A stretch of DNA of 64,000 nt from assembly GCA_013298995.1 (NCBI GenBank), contig JAAFJW010000001.1:1047-65046 (forward strand), read 5' to 3'. Shown piece after piece: positions 10,634 to 20,493 of the stretch. Below the pieces are notes generated by a model. That model saw only the letters and a list, made by a program, of their open reading frames with translations. It was not told the DNA's origin and did no database searches. The translations under genes were made by a program, and so were the position numbers. This DNA comes from Sphingobacteriales bacterium. Lineage in GTDB: Bacteria; Bacteroidota; Bacteroidia; Sphingobacteriales; Sphingobacteriaceae. Within the stretch, counting starts at the first letter, position 1; every line of letters begins with the position of its first letter.

Positions 10634-11377
10634 TTAAAAAAATTGCAAAATTTTGCGGAAAGGTTTAAATAAAATAGCTTTAAGTGGGAATGGGATGTTG
10701 TTTTTTTTAAGTGAGTGATAATCTTGGCGATTAGCGAGCCACCTGTTTTTAAAGGTAATATTGCTGGCACCTCCGGTTCTCATTTTAACCATTACTAAGT
10801 TTAAAAAATATTTTTGGAGTGGTGTTTTGTATAAAAACCTAAGCATTAAATCATAATCGGCGGCCGATGTTAAACGGATATCGTAATTACCGTATTTTAA
10901 AAAACATTCTTTTTTTGCATAAAAAGTAGGGTGAGCGGGCATCCATCCGTTTTCTAATAAAAAATCAGAATAATTATGCGAACGCCATTTGCGTACTATT
11001 AAATGATGATTGGTGCGGCTTACATAATCTAAATTACCATACAATATATCAATAGGGTTGCTTGTAAAGGCTTTAGCTACTTGCGAAAGCACATTTTCGT
11101 GTGCATAAAAATCGTCGGCATGTAAAATACCTATACAATTGCCCGTAGCTAGGGCTATGCCTTTATTTATGGCATCGTAAATGCCTTTATCGGGTTCCGA
11201 AATTAAAATATCAATGCCTGTGCCATATTGTTTTAAAATAGTTAAGGTATTATCCTGTGAGTTACCATCAATTACAATATATTCGATATTGCTATAATCC
11301 TGATTTAAAACAGATTGAACGCACTGGGAAATAAAATTTTGTGCATTGTAGCAAACTGTTATAATAGTTATTTTCAT
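10634..11377 (-). CDS. Glycosyltransferase family 2
   Basis: I prefer the internal ATG (MKITIITVCYNAQNFISQCVQSVLNQDY...IVIDGNSQDNT) over the track start at 11434. DAD-type motif (HADDFY). Confidence 0.8.
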   Translation of the reverse strand: MKITIITVCYNAQNFISQCVQSVLNQDYSNIEYIVIDGNSQDNTLTILKQYGTGIDILISEPDKGIYDAINKGIALATGNCIGILHADDFYAHENVLSQVAKAFTSNPIDILYGNLDYVSRTNHHLIVRKWRSHNYSDFLLENGWMPAHPTFYAKKECFLKYGNYDIRLTSAADYDLMLRFLYKTPLQKYFLNLVMVKMRTGGASNITFKNRWLANRQDYHSLKKNNIPFPLKAILFKPFRKILQFF

Positions 11378-11572
11378 TTGTTGTGAGCAATTTTTTAAAT
11401 ATAATATTTTAAAAAAAAATGTAATGTAAAACATTAATTAAAATTTAGTGTAATTTATTTAACCCAATCTAATTTATAAAAAAATTGTATTTCTGATAAT
11501 TAAATATTTAGCTATTAGTTTTAATCAATCAAAAAAATATTGTTATCATTGGACTAAAATTAGGGAGCAAAA

Positions 11573-12364
11573 ATGGGGAAAAATTTATTTTTAATCATAT
11601 TACTACATTGCAGCATATTACAACTTTTAACTTCATGCGGAGTCGAAAAAAATGTACTTTTTGGCAACAATAATAAAAAACCACTAGATAGTGCTGTATA
11701 TGAACTTCAAAAAGGAAAAAAAAGTTATAAAGTAACTGAACAAAAAATACAGCCGGGTGATGAGTTAAAGTTAAGTAATTTACAAAGCGAGAGTTTAATA
11801 TCGGGTACAATGGCCTCATCGTCAGGTGCATCATCGGGGGCTAACGGTGGTGGCTATTTTGTAGAAATTGATAGTACCGTATTATTACCTGTATTGGGGA
11901 AAGTGAAACTAGGAGGGATGACCAGAGAAAATGCAGAAAATATGGTAAATGCGTTGTATCAAAAAACTTTATTAAAAAACCCATTAATTAGCTTATCCAT
12001 TACAAATCATCATGTTACCCTGTTGGGCGATTTTACCTTACAAGGAAATTTCCCATTAAAAAAAGATAAAACACATTTGGTAGAAATAATTGGATTGGCG
12101 GGTGGATTAAATAAAACAGCTGATAATACAGCTATAAAAATTATAAGAGGAAATCCTTTAAATCCTCAAGTATTACTTGTAAACGCAAGTAATATAAACT
12201 TTATGGCCGACGAACGAGTTTACCTACAAAGTAATGATATTGTGTATGTTGCTCAAAAAAAATCGGCTCAAAATGCTGAAAAAATCAGTAAAACAAGTGC
12301 TTTCGTTGGTATTGGTTTAACATTAATTAATACTATCTTTTTAATTTATAATTTTTCCAAGTAA
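11573..12364 (+). CDS. Polysaccharide export outer-membrane protein (Wza/BexD-like OPX)
   Basis: Lipoprotein signal (LLTSCG). Poly_export-like segment (IQPGDELKLS), SLBB-like segment (IKIIRGNP...VYLQSNDIVYV). Located directly upstream of the Wzc-like gene. Confidence 0.8.
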   Translation: MGKNLFLIILLHCSILQLLTSCGVEKNVLFGNNNKKPLDSAVYELQKGKKSYKVTEQKIQPGDELKLSNLQSESLISGTMASSSGASSGANGGGYFVEIDSTVLLPVLGKVKLGGMTRENAENMVNALYQKTLLKNPLISLSITNHHVTLLGDFTLQGNFPLKKDKTHLVEIIGLAGGLNKTADNTAIKIIRGNPLNPQVLLVNASNINFMADERVYLQSNDIVYVAQKKSAQNAEKISKTSAFVGIGLTLINTIFLIYNFSK

Positions 12365-12369
12365 ATTAT

Positions 12370-14808
12370 ATGGCCACCCCATCAGGAATAAAAGATTTAC
12401 CCGAATCCAGTAAAGTACAACAAGAGATAGACTATGCAAAGTTTTTAAACATTATTATTAGTAGGTGGTATTGGGTTGCATTTTCATTGGTTGTTTCGTT
12501 ACTTTTTGCCAATACATACCTGTGGTACACTCAAAAAAAATACAGCACTGTTGCCTATTTAAAGTTTGAAGAAAAACAATCGGATTTAACCAGTTTTGTA
12601 CAATTACAAAGCATGAGTCGCAATTATACTAACAAAATTTTATCAGAAAGTTGGAATTTTAAAAGTAAAAAAGTGATTAGCGATGCCCTCAATTTTATTG
12701 ACTATAAGGTTAGCTACTTTATAGCTGGTCGTATTAGAACTAGTGATTTGTATCCCGAAAAACCATTTAAAATTCAAATTTTAAAGCAAGATAGCATTGT
12801 TTTTTACGATAAATTAATTACAATAAGAGGACAGGGTAAAAATTTTGAAATCGAGTATAAAATTGGTAAAAAAGAAATCAAAAACACACACACCTATAAT
12901 ACCCCAATAGAAATACCTGGCGTAACATTTTATATTGATAAAAATACGCCCATATTTAATGCCGAATATAATTTTAAATTTAACCATAAAAACGATTTTT
13001 ATGGCCGATTAAGCGACGGATTAACTATTGTAGAAGCCGCTAAGTTTTCGTCAGTAGCCATGATTTCGAAAACTGATTATAACCCTTACTTTGCTGCCGA
13101 TGCACTAAATGCCATCATAAAAGTGTATTTACAACAAGATTTAGCACTTAAAACACAATCGGCAAAGCAAATTATTGATTTTATTGATGCCCAGCTTGAT
13201 AACCTAGCCAACAGTGTAAAATCATCGGGCGAAAAACTTAAAAATTTTAAACAAGATAATAACTTTATTGATTTAAGTAACGCTACCGAAAGTGTATTGA
13301 GCAAAGTTACCGAACTCGAAACACAAAACCGAAGCTACGAAATGCAATTATTAATATTAAAACAATTGCAAAACCAACTTTCAAAAAATGGTAAAGCAAT
13401 GCTTAATTTTAATTTAGATGGCAACGTTGACCCTTTGCTTACCAACTTGATAGCTCAATTTAATGCTCTTATACAAGAGCGTTTAAGTTTGTTATCTACT
13501 TATAAAGAAAACTCATCGGTTGTTGTAGATATTGATAAAAAGATGGCAGTTTTGCAAAATGCAGCATCTAATAACATGCTATCAACCCTTAACCGAATTT
13601 TAAAGCAAAAAGAATTTAATAAAGTTGAACTAGAGAAGGCTTATGCAAGTTTAAATACTTTACCTAAGCAAGAAAGGGTATTATTTGGCCTACAAAGAGA
13701 TTATGATATCAACGAAAAAATTTACAGCTATTTATCCGAAAAAAAGCTAGAAGCCCAAATTGGTAAAGCATCGGTACTTTCGGGCGCATCATTAATAGAT
13801 GCAGCACAACCTAACACATCGCCTATATCGCCCAATACTAAATCGGTATGGCAAATGGCCTGGATAGTTGGCATAGGCATAGGTTTAGGTTTTATTTTTT
13901 TGGTACGAAGCATTAATGATAAAATATACGATAAAGAAAAAATAGAAAGTTTAACCAACACGCCTATTATAGGTATGATACGTAACTACCCCTATAAGCT
14001 AGATAGTTACAGTAGCCAAATTTTATCAATTGCTAAACCCAAATCTCTTTTTGCCGAATCGGTACGGTCGGTACGTACTAACCTTAGTTTTATAGCTAGC
14101 GATAAAGAAAGCAAAGTAATATCCATTACCTCCGAAGTGGCTGGTGAGGGTAAATCATTTGTTTCGGTAAATTTGGCCAGTACCATGGCATTAATTGATA
14201 AAAAAGTAATTCTTATTGCTGCGGATTTAAGGCGCTCCAAAGTACATCGAACCTTTAATATAAAAAATAAAATAGGGTTAAGCACCTATCTGGCCAAACA
14301 AAATACTTTAGACGAAATAATTATTAATAGCTCGCAGCCTAATATGGATTTAATTGTAGCTGGCCATGTACCCCCCAACCCTGCCGAACTAATGTACACC
14401 GAGCAACTAGTAGAAATGATTAGCAACTTACGAAAAAGGTACGATTACATCATATTTGATACCGCACCTATTGGCCTAGTATCGGATGCCTTACCCTTAA
14501 TACGCATGAGCGATATTAACCTATTTGTGATACGGGCAGGCAAATCTAAATTTTCGGCGGCCAACATACCTGATAGAATTTCTAACGAATACAAACTAAA
14601 AAATTCGTTTATAATTTTAAACGATTACACACTACAGCCATTATATTCAAGATATTACACATCGGTATATAACGATAACTATTATGGTTATTACTACTCG
14701 GATGTACATACCAATGGCCAAGGCTACTATACCGACGATATTAAAGTAGGTAAAATCAAAAGTTTGTTTATTAGTATAACTAAATTATTTAAAAAAGAAA
14801 ATAGCTAA
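12370..14808 (+). CDS. Chain-length determinant / tyrosine autokinase (Wzc/GumC-like PCP-2a)
   Basis: 812 aa with two TM segments flanking a coiled-coil periplasmic region. C-terminal P-loop kinase (SEVAGEGKSFVSVNLA, Walker B IIFDTAP). Tyr-rich tail YYTSVYNDNYYGYYYSD. Confidence 0.85.
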   Translation: MATPSGIKDLPESSKVQQEIDYAKFLNIIISRWYWVAFSLVVSLLFANTYLWYTQKKYSTVAYLKFEEKQSDLTSFVQLQSMSRNYTNKILSESWNFKSKKVISDALNFIDYKVSYFIAGRIRTSDLYPEKPFKIQILKQDSIVFYDKLITIRGQGKNFEIEYKIGKKEIKNTHTYNTPIEIPGVTFYIDKNTPIFNAEYNFKFNHKNDFYGRLSDGLTIVEAAKFSSVAMISKTDYNPYFAADALNAIIKVYLQQDLALKTQSAKQIIDFIDAQLDNLANSVKSSGEKLKNFKQDNNFIDLSNATESVLSKVTELETQNRSYEMQLLILKQLQNQLSKNGKAMLNFNLDGNVDPLLTNLIAQFNALIQERLSLLSTYKENSSVVVDIDKKMAVLQNAASNNMLSTLNRILKQKEFNKVELEKAYASLNTLPKQERVLFGLQRDYDINEKIYSYLSEKKLEAQIGKASVLSGASLIDAAQPNTSPISPNTKSVWQMAWIVGIGIGLGFIFLVRSINDKIYDKEKIESLTNTPIIGMIRNYPYKLDSYSSQILSIAKPKSLFAESVRSVRTNLSFIASDKESKVISITSEVAGEGKSFVSVNLASTMALIDKKVILIAADLRRSKVHRTFNIKNKIGLSTYLAKQNTLDEIIINSSQPNMDLIVAGHVPPNPAELMYTEQLVEMISNLRKRYDYIIFDTAPIGLVSDALPLIRMSDINLFVIRAGKSKFSAANIPDRISNEYKLKNSFIILNDYTLQPLYSRYYTSVYNDNYYGYYYSDVHTNGQGYYTDDIKVGKIKSLFISITKLFKKENS

Positions 14809-14846
14809 TATTAAACTTTTACAGCTATAAAAAAACGTAAAAAACC

Positions 14847-15356
14847 ATGTTAAAAGGTTTAGATAATTATAATTGGTACCCCTTATACACAAAATCAAGA
14901 TTTGAAAAAAAAACCAACGATTTTTTAATAAAAAAAGGTATCGAAACGTATTTACCTATTAATAAACGGTTAAAGCAATGGAGCGATAGAAAAAAATGGG
15001 TTGATGAGCCTTTGTTTCAATCGTATCTTTTTGTGCGCATTAGCCTAAAAGAATACGACCTAGTTATCCAAACACCTGGAGTAGTTAGATTTATATATTT
15101 CTCGGGAAATATTGCCACTATTTCCGATGCGCAAATACAACAACTAAAAAAAATACTTGCCGAAAACTACCAACCCGAAGTTACCTTTGCCAAATTAGAA
15201 CAAGGGCAAAAAGTTAAAATTATAGAAGGCAACTTAAAAGGTTACGAAGCCGAGATGGTAATGTGGCAACAACAAAACAGGTTGTTACTAAGGTTAGATG
15301 CCTTAGGCCAATCGTTACTTTTAAAAATACCCGCAGGCTATGTACAACCTGTGTAA
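14847..15356 (+). CDS. UpxY-family (NusG-like) transcription antiterminator
   Basis: 169 aa. NGN-like N-terminus WYPLYTKSRFEKK... and KOW motif GQKVKIIEGNLKGYEAEMV. Confidence 0.8.
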   Translation: MLKGLDNYNWYPLYTKSRFEKKTNDFLIKKGIETYLPINKRLKQWSDRKKWVDEPLFQSYLFVRISLKEYDLVIQTPGVVRFIYFSGNIATISDAQIQQLKKILAENYQPEVTFAKLEQGQKVKIIEGNLKGYEAEMVMWQQQNRLLLRLDALGQSLLLKIPAGYVQPV

Positions 15357-15458
15357 TATCCCTTTTTCAAACTTTATTATTCTGTTTTAGAATTTTAAAT
15401 TTGAATATTTTACAACCTAGCAATCATCCCCAAAATGGGACTGAAAGAGCGGAGCTGT

Positions 15459-15532
15459 GTAGTAGTGGGTAGTAGTTAGTAGCTAGTGGGTAGTAGTTAG
15501 AGTGGGTAGTAGCTAGTGGGTGGAAGCTAGTA
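15459..15532. repeat. TAG-rich degenerate tandem tract (GTGGGTAGTAG[C/T]TAG units)
   Basis: About 4 units. 15470-15489 (TAGTAGTTAGTAGCTAGTGG) is the perfect reverse complement of 23691-23710. Confidence 0.85.
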
Positions 15533-15605
15533 TAAATTTTATTAAATCGGTTTTAACCTTGTTTCGCATTTTGTTTGATAAACAATATTTTATGTGTACT
15601 GCTAT

Positions 15606-15731
15606 GGCGTTAACGATGGTAGCGACCTGCCTGCGCAGGCAGGCATCCTTTTTCCCCCCTTCGGGGGGTAGGGGGAAAAAGATACTTGCCTGCGCAGGCA
15701 AGCAGGTAGCGAACAGCGTGTTAAAACGCCC
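15606..15731. repeat. GC-rich nested-palindrome element (REP/MITE-like), copy A
   Basis: GGCGTTAACGAT...CATCCTTTTT...AAAAAGATA...AGCGTGTTAAAACGCCC frame shared with 59928-60028. Internal palindromes CCTGCCTGCGCAGGCAGG, CCCCCCTTCGGGGGG and CTTGCCTGCGCAGGCAAG. Confidence 0.8.
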
Positions 15732-15759
15732 TAATAATTAAAAAAAATTAACAAAACCA

Positions 15760-18666
15760 ATGTGCCGCATAGCTGGAATAGTTTTGCCAAAAGCAAACAA
15801 TAACTACTTAAATTACCATATCAAAAATATGGCTAATGTGCAAGCGCATGGTGGGCTAGATGATGCTGGCTACTTTAGCGATGAAAGCCTAGGCCTTGCA
15901 CTGGGGCACCGTAGGCTGGCATTACTGGATTTAAGCCCCACAGGCCACCAGCCTATGTTTACCATTGATGAGCAAATAGTAATTGTATTTAATGGCGAAA
16001 TTTACAATTACCTCGAAATTAAAAATGAGTTAAAACAGGCAGGTTACTTTTTTAAAACACAAACCGATACCGAAGTAATTATGGTGGCTTATAGCCACTG
16101 GGGAACGGCAGCGTTTGCAAAGTTTAATGGCATGTTTGCCTTTGCTTTGTTAGATAAACAACAAAAACAGCTTTACTTGGTACGCGATGTGGCGGGTATT
16201 AAACCTTTATATTACAGCGCAACGGCCCAAGGCTTGGTATTTGCATCCGAAGTTAAGGCCTTCCAACAATCGGGCATACAGTTTGACGATAACCACGATT
16301 GGAAAATTTATTTTCTTTCCTTTGGCTTTATACCCGAGCCTTATACCACATTAAAAAACGTTTATCAATTAAAACCAGGCTATTTTATTACGTATAATTT
16401 AACCACACAAAGCTATACCGAAACGCAATTTGAAGCCTTAGTTTTTAGTAACGATATTACCTCGAAAACCGAAGCCATTACCAGCATACGCCAGCAACTT
16501 AGCTTGGCCGTAAACCGCCACCTTATTGCCGATGCGCCTATTGGTGTTTTCTTAAGTGGAGGTATAGATTCGAGCATTATCGCTTTGCTAGCAGCAAAAA
16601 ATCAAAAACAACATTTAAAAACATTATCGGTAACTTTTAACGAAAGTTTTTATAACGAAGAAAAGTACCAAAAAATAATTCACAACATTATAGGTGGCCA
16701 ACACAAAAATTACAAAGTTACCCAGCAAAATTATTTAGATGCTATCCCTGCTATACAACAAGCGTTTGACCAGCCCAGTGGCGATGCCATAAACACTTGG
16801 TTTATTACCCGCTGTGCCAAAGAAGAAGGGTTAAAAGCAGTATTATCGGGCCTTGGCGGCGATGAACTTTTTGGCGGATATCCTACCTTTAAACGGGTAA
16901 AACATTTAAACCGTTTACATAAACTACCCATAAGGCTTTTTAAAATTGCCGACCACCTTTCGGACGAAAGATTACGAAAATTAGTTTACCTACAAGGCAA
17001 GCATGTAAATAACGATTATCTTTCGTTACGAGGATTTTATACCCCAAGAGTTATAAGTAAACTAATAGACGCTACCGAAAAAGAAATAAACGATTGTATA
17101 AGCAGCATAAACTACCAAATTGATAAAAAAACACTATCCTCAGGAAATTATGCAAGCTGGCTCGAACAAAATATTTACATGCGCTCGCAGCTGTTAAAAG
17201 ATACCGATTATATGAGCATGGCACACGGTATCGAAGTGCGTGTACCTTTTTTAGATAAAGATTTTTTAAAACTTAGCTACAGCATAGCTCCCGAGATAAA
17301 ATTTGCAGGCCCGCTTGGTAAACAAATTTTAATTGATGCCTTTAGCGATATATTGCCCCAATCGGTGTGGAAACGTAAAAAAATGGGCTTCACCTTCCCG
17401 TTTCAAGAGTGGAATAAAAACCATCCCGAAATTAACAAAATAAGCCATCACCCTAATAAAATTGTATCACAACAGGGGCAACAGTTTTTAAAAAATAAAT
17501 TGCATTGGTCTCGCTGTTTTTCGCTATTGCAAATAGAAAAATACCTGCCCATAAAAAACGTATTGTTTCTTACCCTAAAAACTTTTTGCCACACCGGAGG
17601 TATCGAAAAAGTAAATAGAATATTAATGAAAGTAGGTACCGATTTACGCTTACAACACCTCATAAGGTTTAGTGCAATAAGTGCTTACGATGATTTACCC
17701 GACCAAAAATACATCCCCCGAAACAGGTTTAAAGGGTTTATAGGAAACCTGCCTTTATTTATTATCGAAGCTACTGCCAAAGGTATTAAAAGCAACGTAG
17801 TAATGCTAAGCCACATAAACTTAGCATGGGTAGGCTTGCTTATTAAAACAATATCGCCCAGTACCAAGCTGTATGTACAAGCACATGGTATAGAGGTGTG
17901 GCGCAACCTAAGCTTTGCCAAAAAGAAATTATTACAAATAGCCGATTGTATATTGCCTGTAAGTGCGTACACACAGCAAATTTTAACAACAAAACACGGG
18001 GTAAATGCAACAAAATGTGTAATACTTAACAATTGTATCGACCCTAATTTTAAACGCGAATTTAATCAAACAACAAAACAGCATATCGAAGATAAAACAG
18101 GCTTTAACCATACACATCAAATACTGCTTACGCTTACCCGTTTGGCATCGTCCGAAAAATATAAAGGCTACGACCAAGTGATTAAAGCCGTATCTATCAT
18201 CAAAAAAAACAACCCGCTCATTAGGTACATTATTGCAGGCAAATATGACGATGCCGAATTTACACGAATACAAGCCTTAATAGCACAGCATGGCGTTATA
18301 AACGAAGTAAAACTAACAGGCTTTATTAACGATGAGGATGTAAGCACTTACTTTGGCATAGCCGATGTTTTTGTAATGCCTAGCAAAAAAGAAGGCTTTG
18401 GCATTGTGTTTATCGAAGCCATGGCCTGTGGCCTTGCCGTAATTGGCGGTAACCAAGATGGCTCGGTAGATGCCCTGCGCAATGGCGAAATGGGTACACT
18501 AATAAACCCCGATAATATGGACGACCTTATCAACGCCATAAATAATCAACTTCTTAAAAAAGAAACATTTAATCATTTACAAATGATGACAAAAGCCGAC
18601 AAATACTTCGGTTATACCCAATATAAAGCACAATTAAAAAATATTTTATTACCACAATATGCCTGA
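15760..18666 (+). CDS. Fusion protein: glutamine-hydrolysing asparagine synthase-like amidotransferase (N) + GT4 glycosyltransferase (C)
   Basis: 968 aa. The N-terminus MCRIAGI keeps the Ntn Cys2. The PP-loop SGGIDSS lies in the synthetase domain. From about residue 600 there is a GT-B domain with KKEGFGIVFIEAMACGLAVIGGNQDGSVDAL. The stop overlaps the wzm ATG (ATGCCTGA). Confidence 0.8.
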   Translation: MCRIAGIVLPKANNNYLNYHIKNMANVQAHGGLDDAGYFSDESLGLALGHRRLALLDLSPTGHQPMFTIDEQIVIVFNGEIYNYLEIKNELKQAGYFFKTQTDTEVIMVAYSHWGTAAFAKFNGMFAFALLDKQQKQLYLVRDVAGIKPLYYSATAQGLVFASEVKAFQQSGIQFDDNHDWKIYFLSFGFIPEPYTTLKNVYQLKPGYFITYNLTTQSYTETQFEALVFSNDITSKTEAITSIRQQLSLAVNRHLIADAPIGVFLSGGIDSSIIALLAAKNQKQHLKTLSVTFNESFYNEEKYQKIIHNIIGGQHKNYKVTQQNYLDAIPAIQQAFDQPSGDAINTWFITRCAKEEGLKAVLSGLGGDELFGGYPTFKRVKHLNRLHKLPIRLFKIADHLSDERLRKLVYLQGKHVNNDYLSLRGFYTPRVISKLIDATEKEINDCISSINYQIDKKTLSSGNYASWLEQNIYMRSQLLKDTDYMSMAHGIEVRVPFLDKDFLKLSYSIAPEIKFAGPLGKQILIDAFSDILPQSVWKRKKMGFTFPFQEWNKNHPEINKISHHPNKIVSQQGQQFLKNKLHWSRCFSLLQIEKYLPIKNVLFLTLKTFCHTGGIEKVNRILMKVGTDLRLQHLIRFSAISAYDDLPDQKYIPRNRFKGFIGNLPLFIIEATAKGIKSNVVMLSHINLAWVGLLIKTISPSTKLYVQAHGIEVWRNLSFAKKKLLQIADCILPVSAYTQQILTTKHGVNATKCVILNNCIDPNFKREFNQTTKQHIEDKTGFNHTHQILLTLTRLASSEKYKGYDQVIKAVSIIKKNNPLIRYIIAGKYDDAEFTRIQALIAQHGVINEVKLTGFINDEDVSTYFGIADVFVMPSKKEGFGIVFIEAMACGLAVIGGNQDGSVDALRNGEMGTLINPDNMDDLINAINNQLLKKETFNHLQMMTKADKYFGYTQYKAQLKNILLPQYA

Positions 18667-19516
18667 TACCGAACATTGGGATTTAGAAATAAAACCGCAA
18701 AACCATCTTTTTAACCTACACCTAAAAGATGTATGGCATTACCGAGACCTACTGGCTTTGCTGGTACGTCGCGATTTTGTATCTTTTTATAAACAAACCA
18801 TATTAGGTCCACTTTGGTTTTTTATACAGCCCTTATTTACCACCATTATATTTACGTTTGTGTTTGGTAACTTGGCACAAATATCAACCGATGGTTTGCC
18901 ACAACCCTTATTTTATATGGCTGGTATTACCGCTTGGGGGTATTTTTCCGAATGCCTTACCAAAACCAGCACCGTGTTTAGAGATAATGCCGGTATTTTT
19001 GGCAAAGTATATTTTCCTCGTCTTATAATGCCTTTAAGTATTGTGGTATCAAACCTTGTGAAATTTGCTGTACAAATGTTATTATTTATACTTTTGGTGG
19101 GATATTACTTAGCATCGGGTTACCATTTTGGCCCTAATTGGCACATTTTACTATTTCCTGTAATTGTTGTGTTAATGGCCTGTTTAGGTTTAGGCTTAGG
19201 TATGATAATATCCGCCCTCACCACCAAATACCGCGATTTGGTCTTTTTAGTAACCTTTGGTGTACAATTATTAATGTATGCCACAACGGTAATTTATCCC
19301 CTATCAACCGCCATAACCAAATACCCAAAATACGCCTGGATAATAGAATATAACCCCACTACACCCCTTATAGAAACCTTTAGATACGGCTTTTTGGGTA
19401 GCGGAAGTTTTAGCTGGCAAAGTTTAGGCTACTGCGGCTTAGCCACTTTTTTAATATTATTGTTTGGGATAGTTATTTTTAACAAAGTTGAGAAAACTTT
19501 TGTAGATACCGTTTAG
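18659..19516 (+). CDS. wzm: ABC-2 type polysaccharide export permease
   Basis: 285 aa. N-terminus ...YRDLLALLVRRDFVSFYKQTILGPLWFFIQP and six predicted TM helices are typical of Wzm/TagG permeases. Confidence 0.85.
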   Translation: MPDTEHWDLEIKPQNHLFNLHLKDVWHYRDLLALLVRRDFVSFYKQTILGPLWFFIQPLFTTIIFTFVFGNLAQISTDGLPQPLFYMAGITAWGYFSECLTKTSTVFRDNAGIFGKVYFPRLIMPLSIVVSNLVKFAVQMLLFILLVGYYLASGYHFGPNWHILLFPVIVVLMACLGLGLGMIISALTTKYRDLVFLVTFGVQLLMYATTVIYPLSTAITKYPKYAWIIEYNPTTPLIETFRYGFLGSGSFSWQSLGYCGLATFLILLFGIVIFNKVEKTFVDTV

Positions 19517-19616
19517 GGCATACCCCGAAAAGGGGCCGGGCTTTTCCCCCTAACCCCCAAAGGGAGGTGCTGGCTTGTTCCCCCTTTGGGGGCTAGGGAG
19601 ACTACAATCCCTTATG
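19517..19616. repeat. GC-rich hairpin cluster (REP-like)
   Basis: CCCCGAAAAGGGG, CCCCCAAAGGG and CCCCCTTTGGGGG hairpins, ending ...GACTACAATCCCTTATGC. It starts right after the wzm stop. Confidence 0.7.
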
Positions 19617-19683
19617 CAAAATAGTGTGAGTAAATACAGTAACAATTACAACATAACTAGCTTTTTGTAAGGCTAATTAATTT

Positions 19684-19691
19684 TATATTTG
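19684..19691 (+). promoter_or_regulatory. Bacteroidota -7 box (TATATTTG)
   Basis: Matches TAnnTTTG about 42 bp upstream of the protease ATG at 19733. Confidence 0.4.
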
Positions 19692-19732
19692 TACCAATAA
19701 AATAATTGTTAAACCTTTTTAATCTGAAAATT

Positions 19733-20152
19733 ATGGGCTTAGTACACGCAGAAATAGAATTAGTAAGTTCAGATGATATAGCCTTTGCTTCAAAAGGAAT
19801 CATATCTAAAGATCAAATCAAAAAAATGACTGTTACAGCATTGGTAGATAGCGGTGCTTACATGCTTGCCATAAACGAAACTGTAAAAGCACAATTAGAT
19901 TTAAGATTTATAGATGAACAAATTGCCGAACTAGCCGATGGCAGCAAAGTAAAATTAGAAATTGTAGGCCCCGTAGAAGTGCGATTTGGCAACAGAAGCA
20001 CCACTTGCCGAGCCGTAGTATTACCTGGCGATGCCGAAATATTATTAGGTGCAATACCAATGGAAGATATGGATGTGATTATTCATCCCAGAGAACAAAA
20101 AATGATGGTAAACCCCAAAAGCCCTAATTATGCGCAAAAATCGTTGAAGTAA
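19733..20152 (+). CDS. Retropepsin-like (clan AA) aspartic protease, small single-domain
   Basis: I prefer ATG 19733 (MGLVHAEIEL) because the paralog at 40483 starts MGLVKTNIKL. Active-site-like LVDSGAYMLAI. The block LLGAIPMEDMDV is shared with the paralog. Confidence 0.7.
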   Translation: MGLVHAEIELVSSDDIAFASKGIISKDQIKKMTVTALVDSGAYMLAINETVKAQLDLRFIDEQIAELADGSKVKLEIVGPVEVRFGNRSTTCRAVVLPGDAEILLGAIPMEDMDVIIHPREQKMMVNPKSPNYAQKSLK

Positions 20153-20277
20153 ACAAATGGTAAAATATTTTTTTTAAGTAAGCTTTTGAGAGTTAAAAGC
20201 ATTAACCAAATCAAAACATATCAAAAAAACAGGGATACAAATTTTTTCATCTTAGTTTTCTTTAGATTAATACACCT

Positions 20278-20388
20278 ATGAACCAAGCCCAAATATACCA
20301 ACAAATTAAAGCCACAGTATATGGGTATTTACCCAATAGCAAGGTGCTTCTTAACACAAATCAGCTTGTAAGTGCCAACAGCAAATAA
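20278..20388 (+). pseudogene. 5' fragment of an MNT-type nucleotidyltransferase gene
   Basis: 20278-20348 is near-identical to 22471-22541 (ATGAACCAAGCCCAAATATACC...AAGGTGCT), then diverges and stops after 36 codons. Confidence 0.75.
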
Positions 20389-20457
20389 ATAAACTAAAAA
20401 AGCACCTCTTTAATTTACCTCCGAAATTTTAGTTATAATTATATTTATAACAAATTG

Positions 20458-20465
20458 TACATTTG
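20458..20465 (+). promoter_or_regulatory. Bacteroidota -7 box (TACATTTG) inside a short palindrome
   Basis: ACAAATTGTACATTTGT lies 29 bp upstream of ATG 20494. Confidence 0.4.
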
Positions 20466-20493
20466 TAATGTATTATAAATATACCTACAATAA

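Noticed and set aside
15513-15741. Track ORFs 15513..15701(-) and 15520..15741(+).
   Set aside because: They are translations of the GC-rich palindromic repeat, with mirror-image peptides on both strands. They are not genes.
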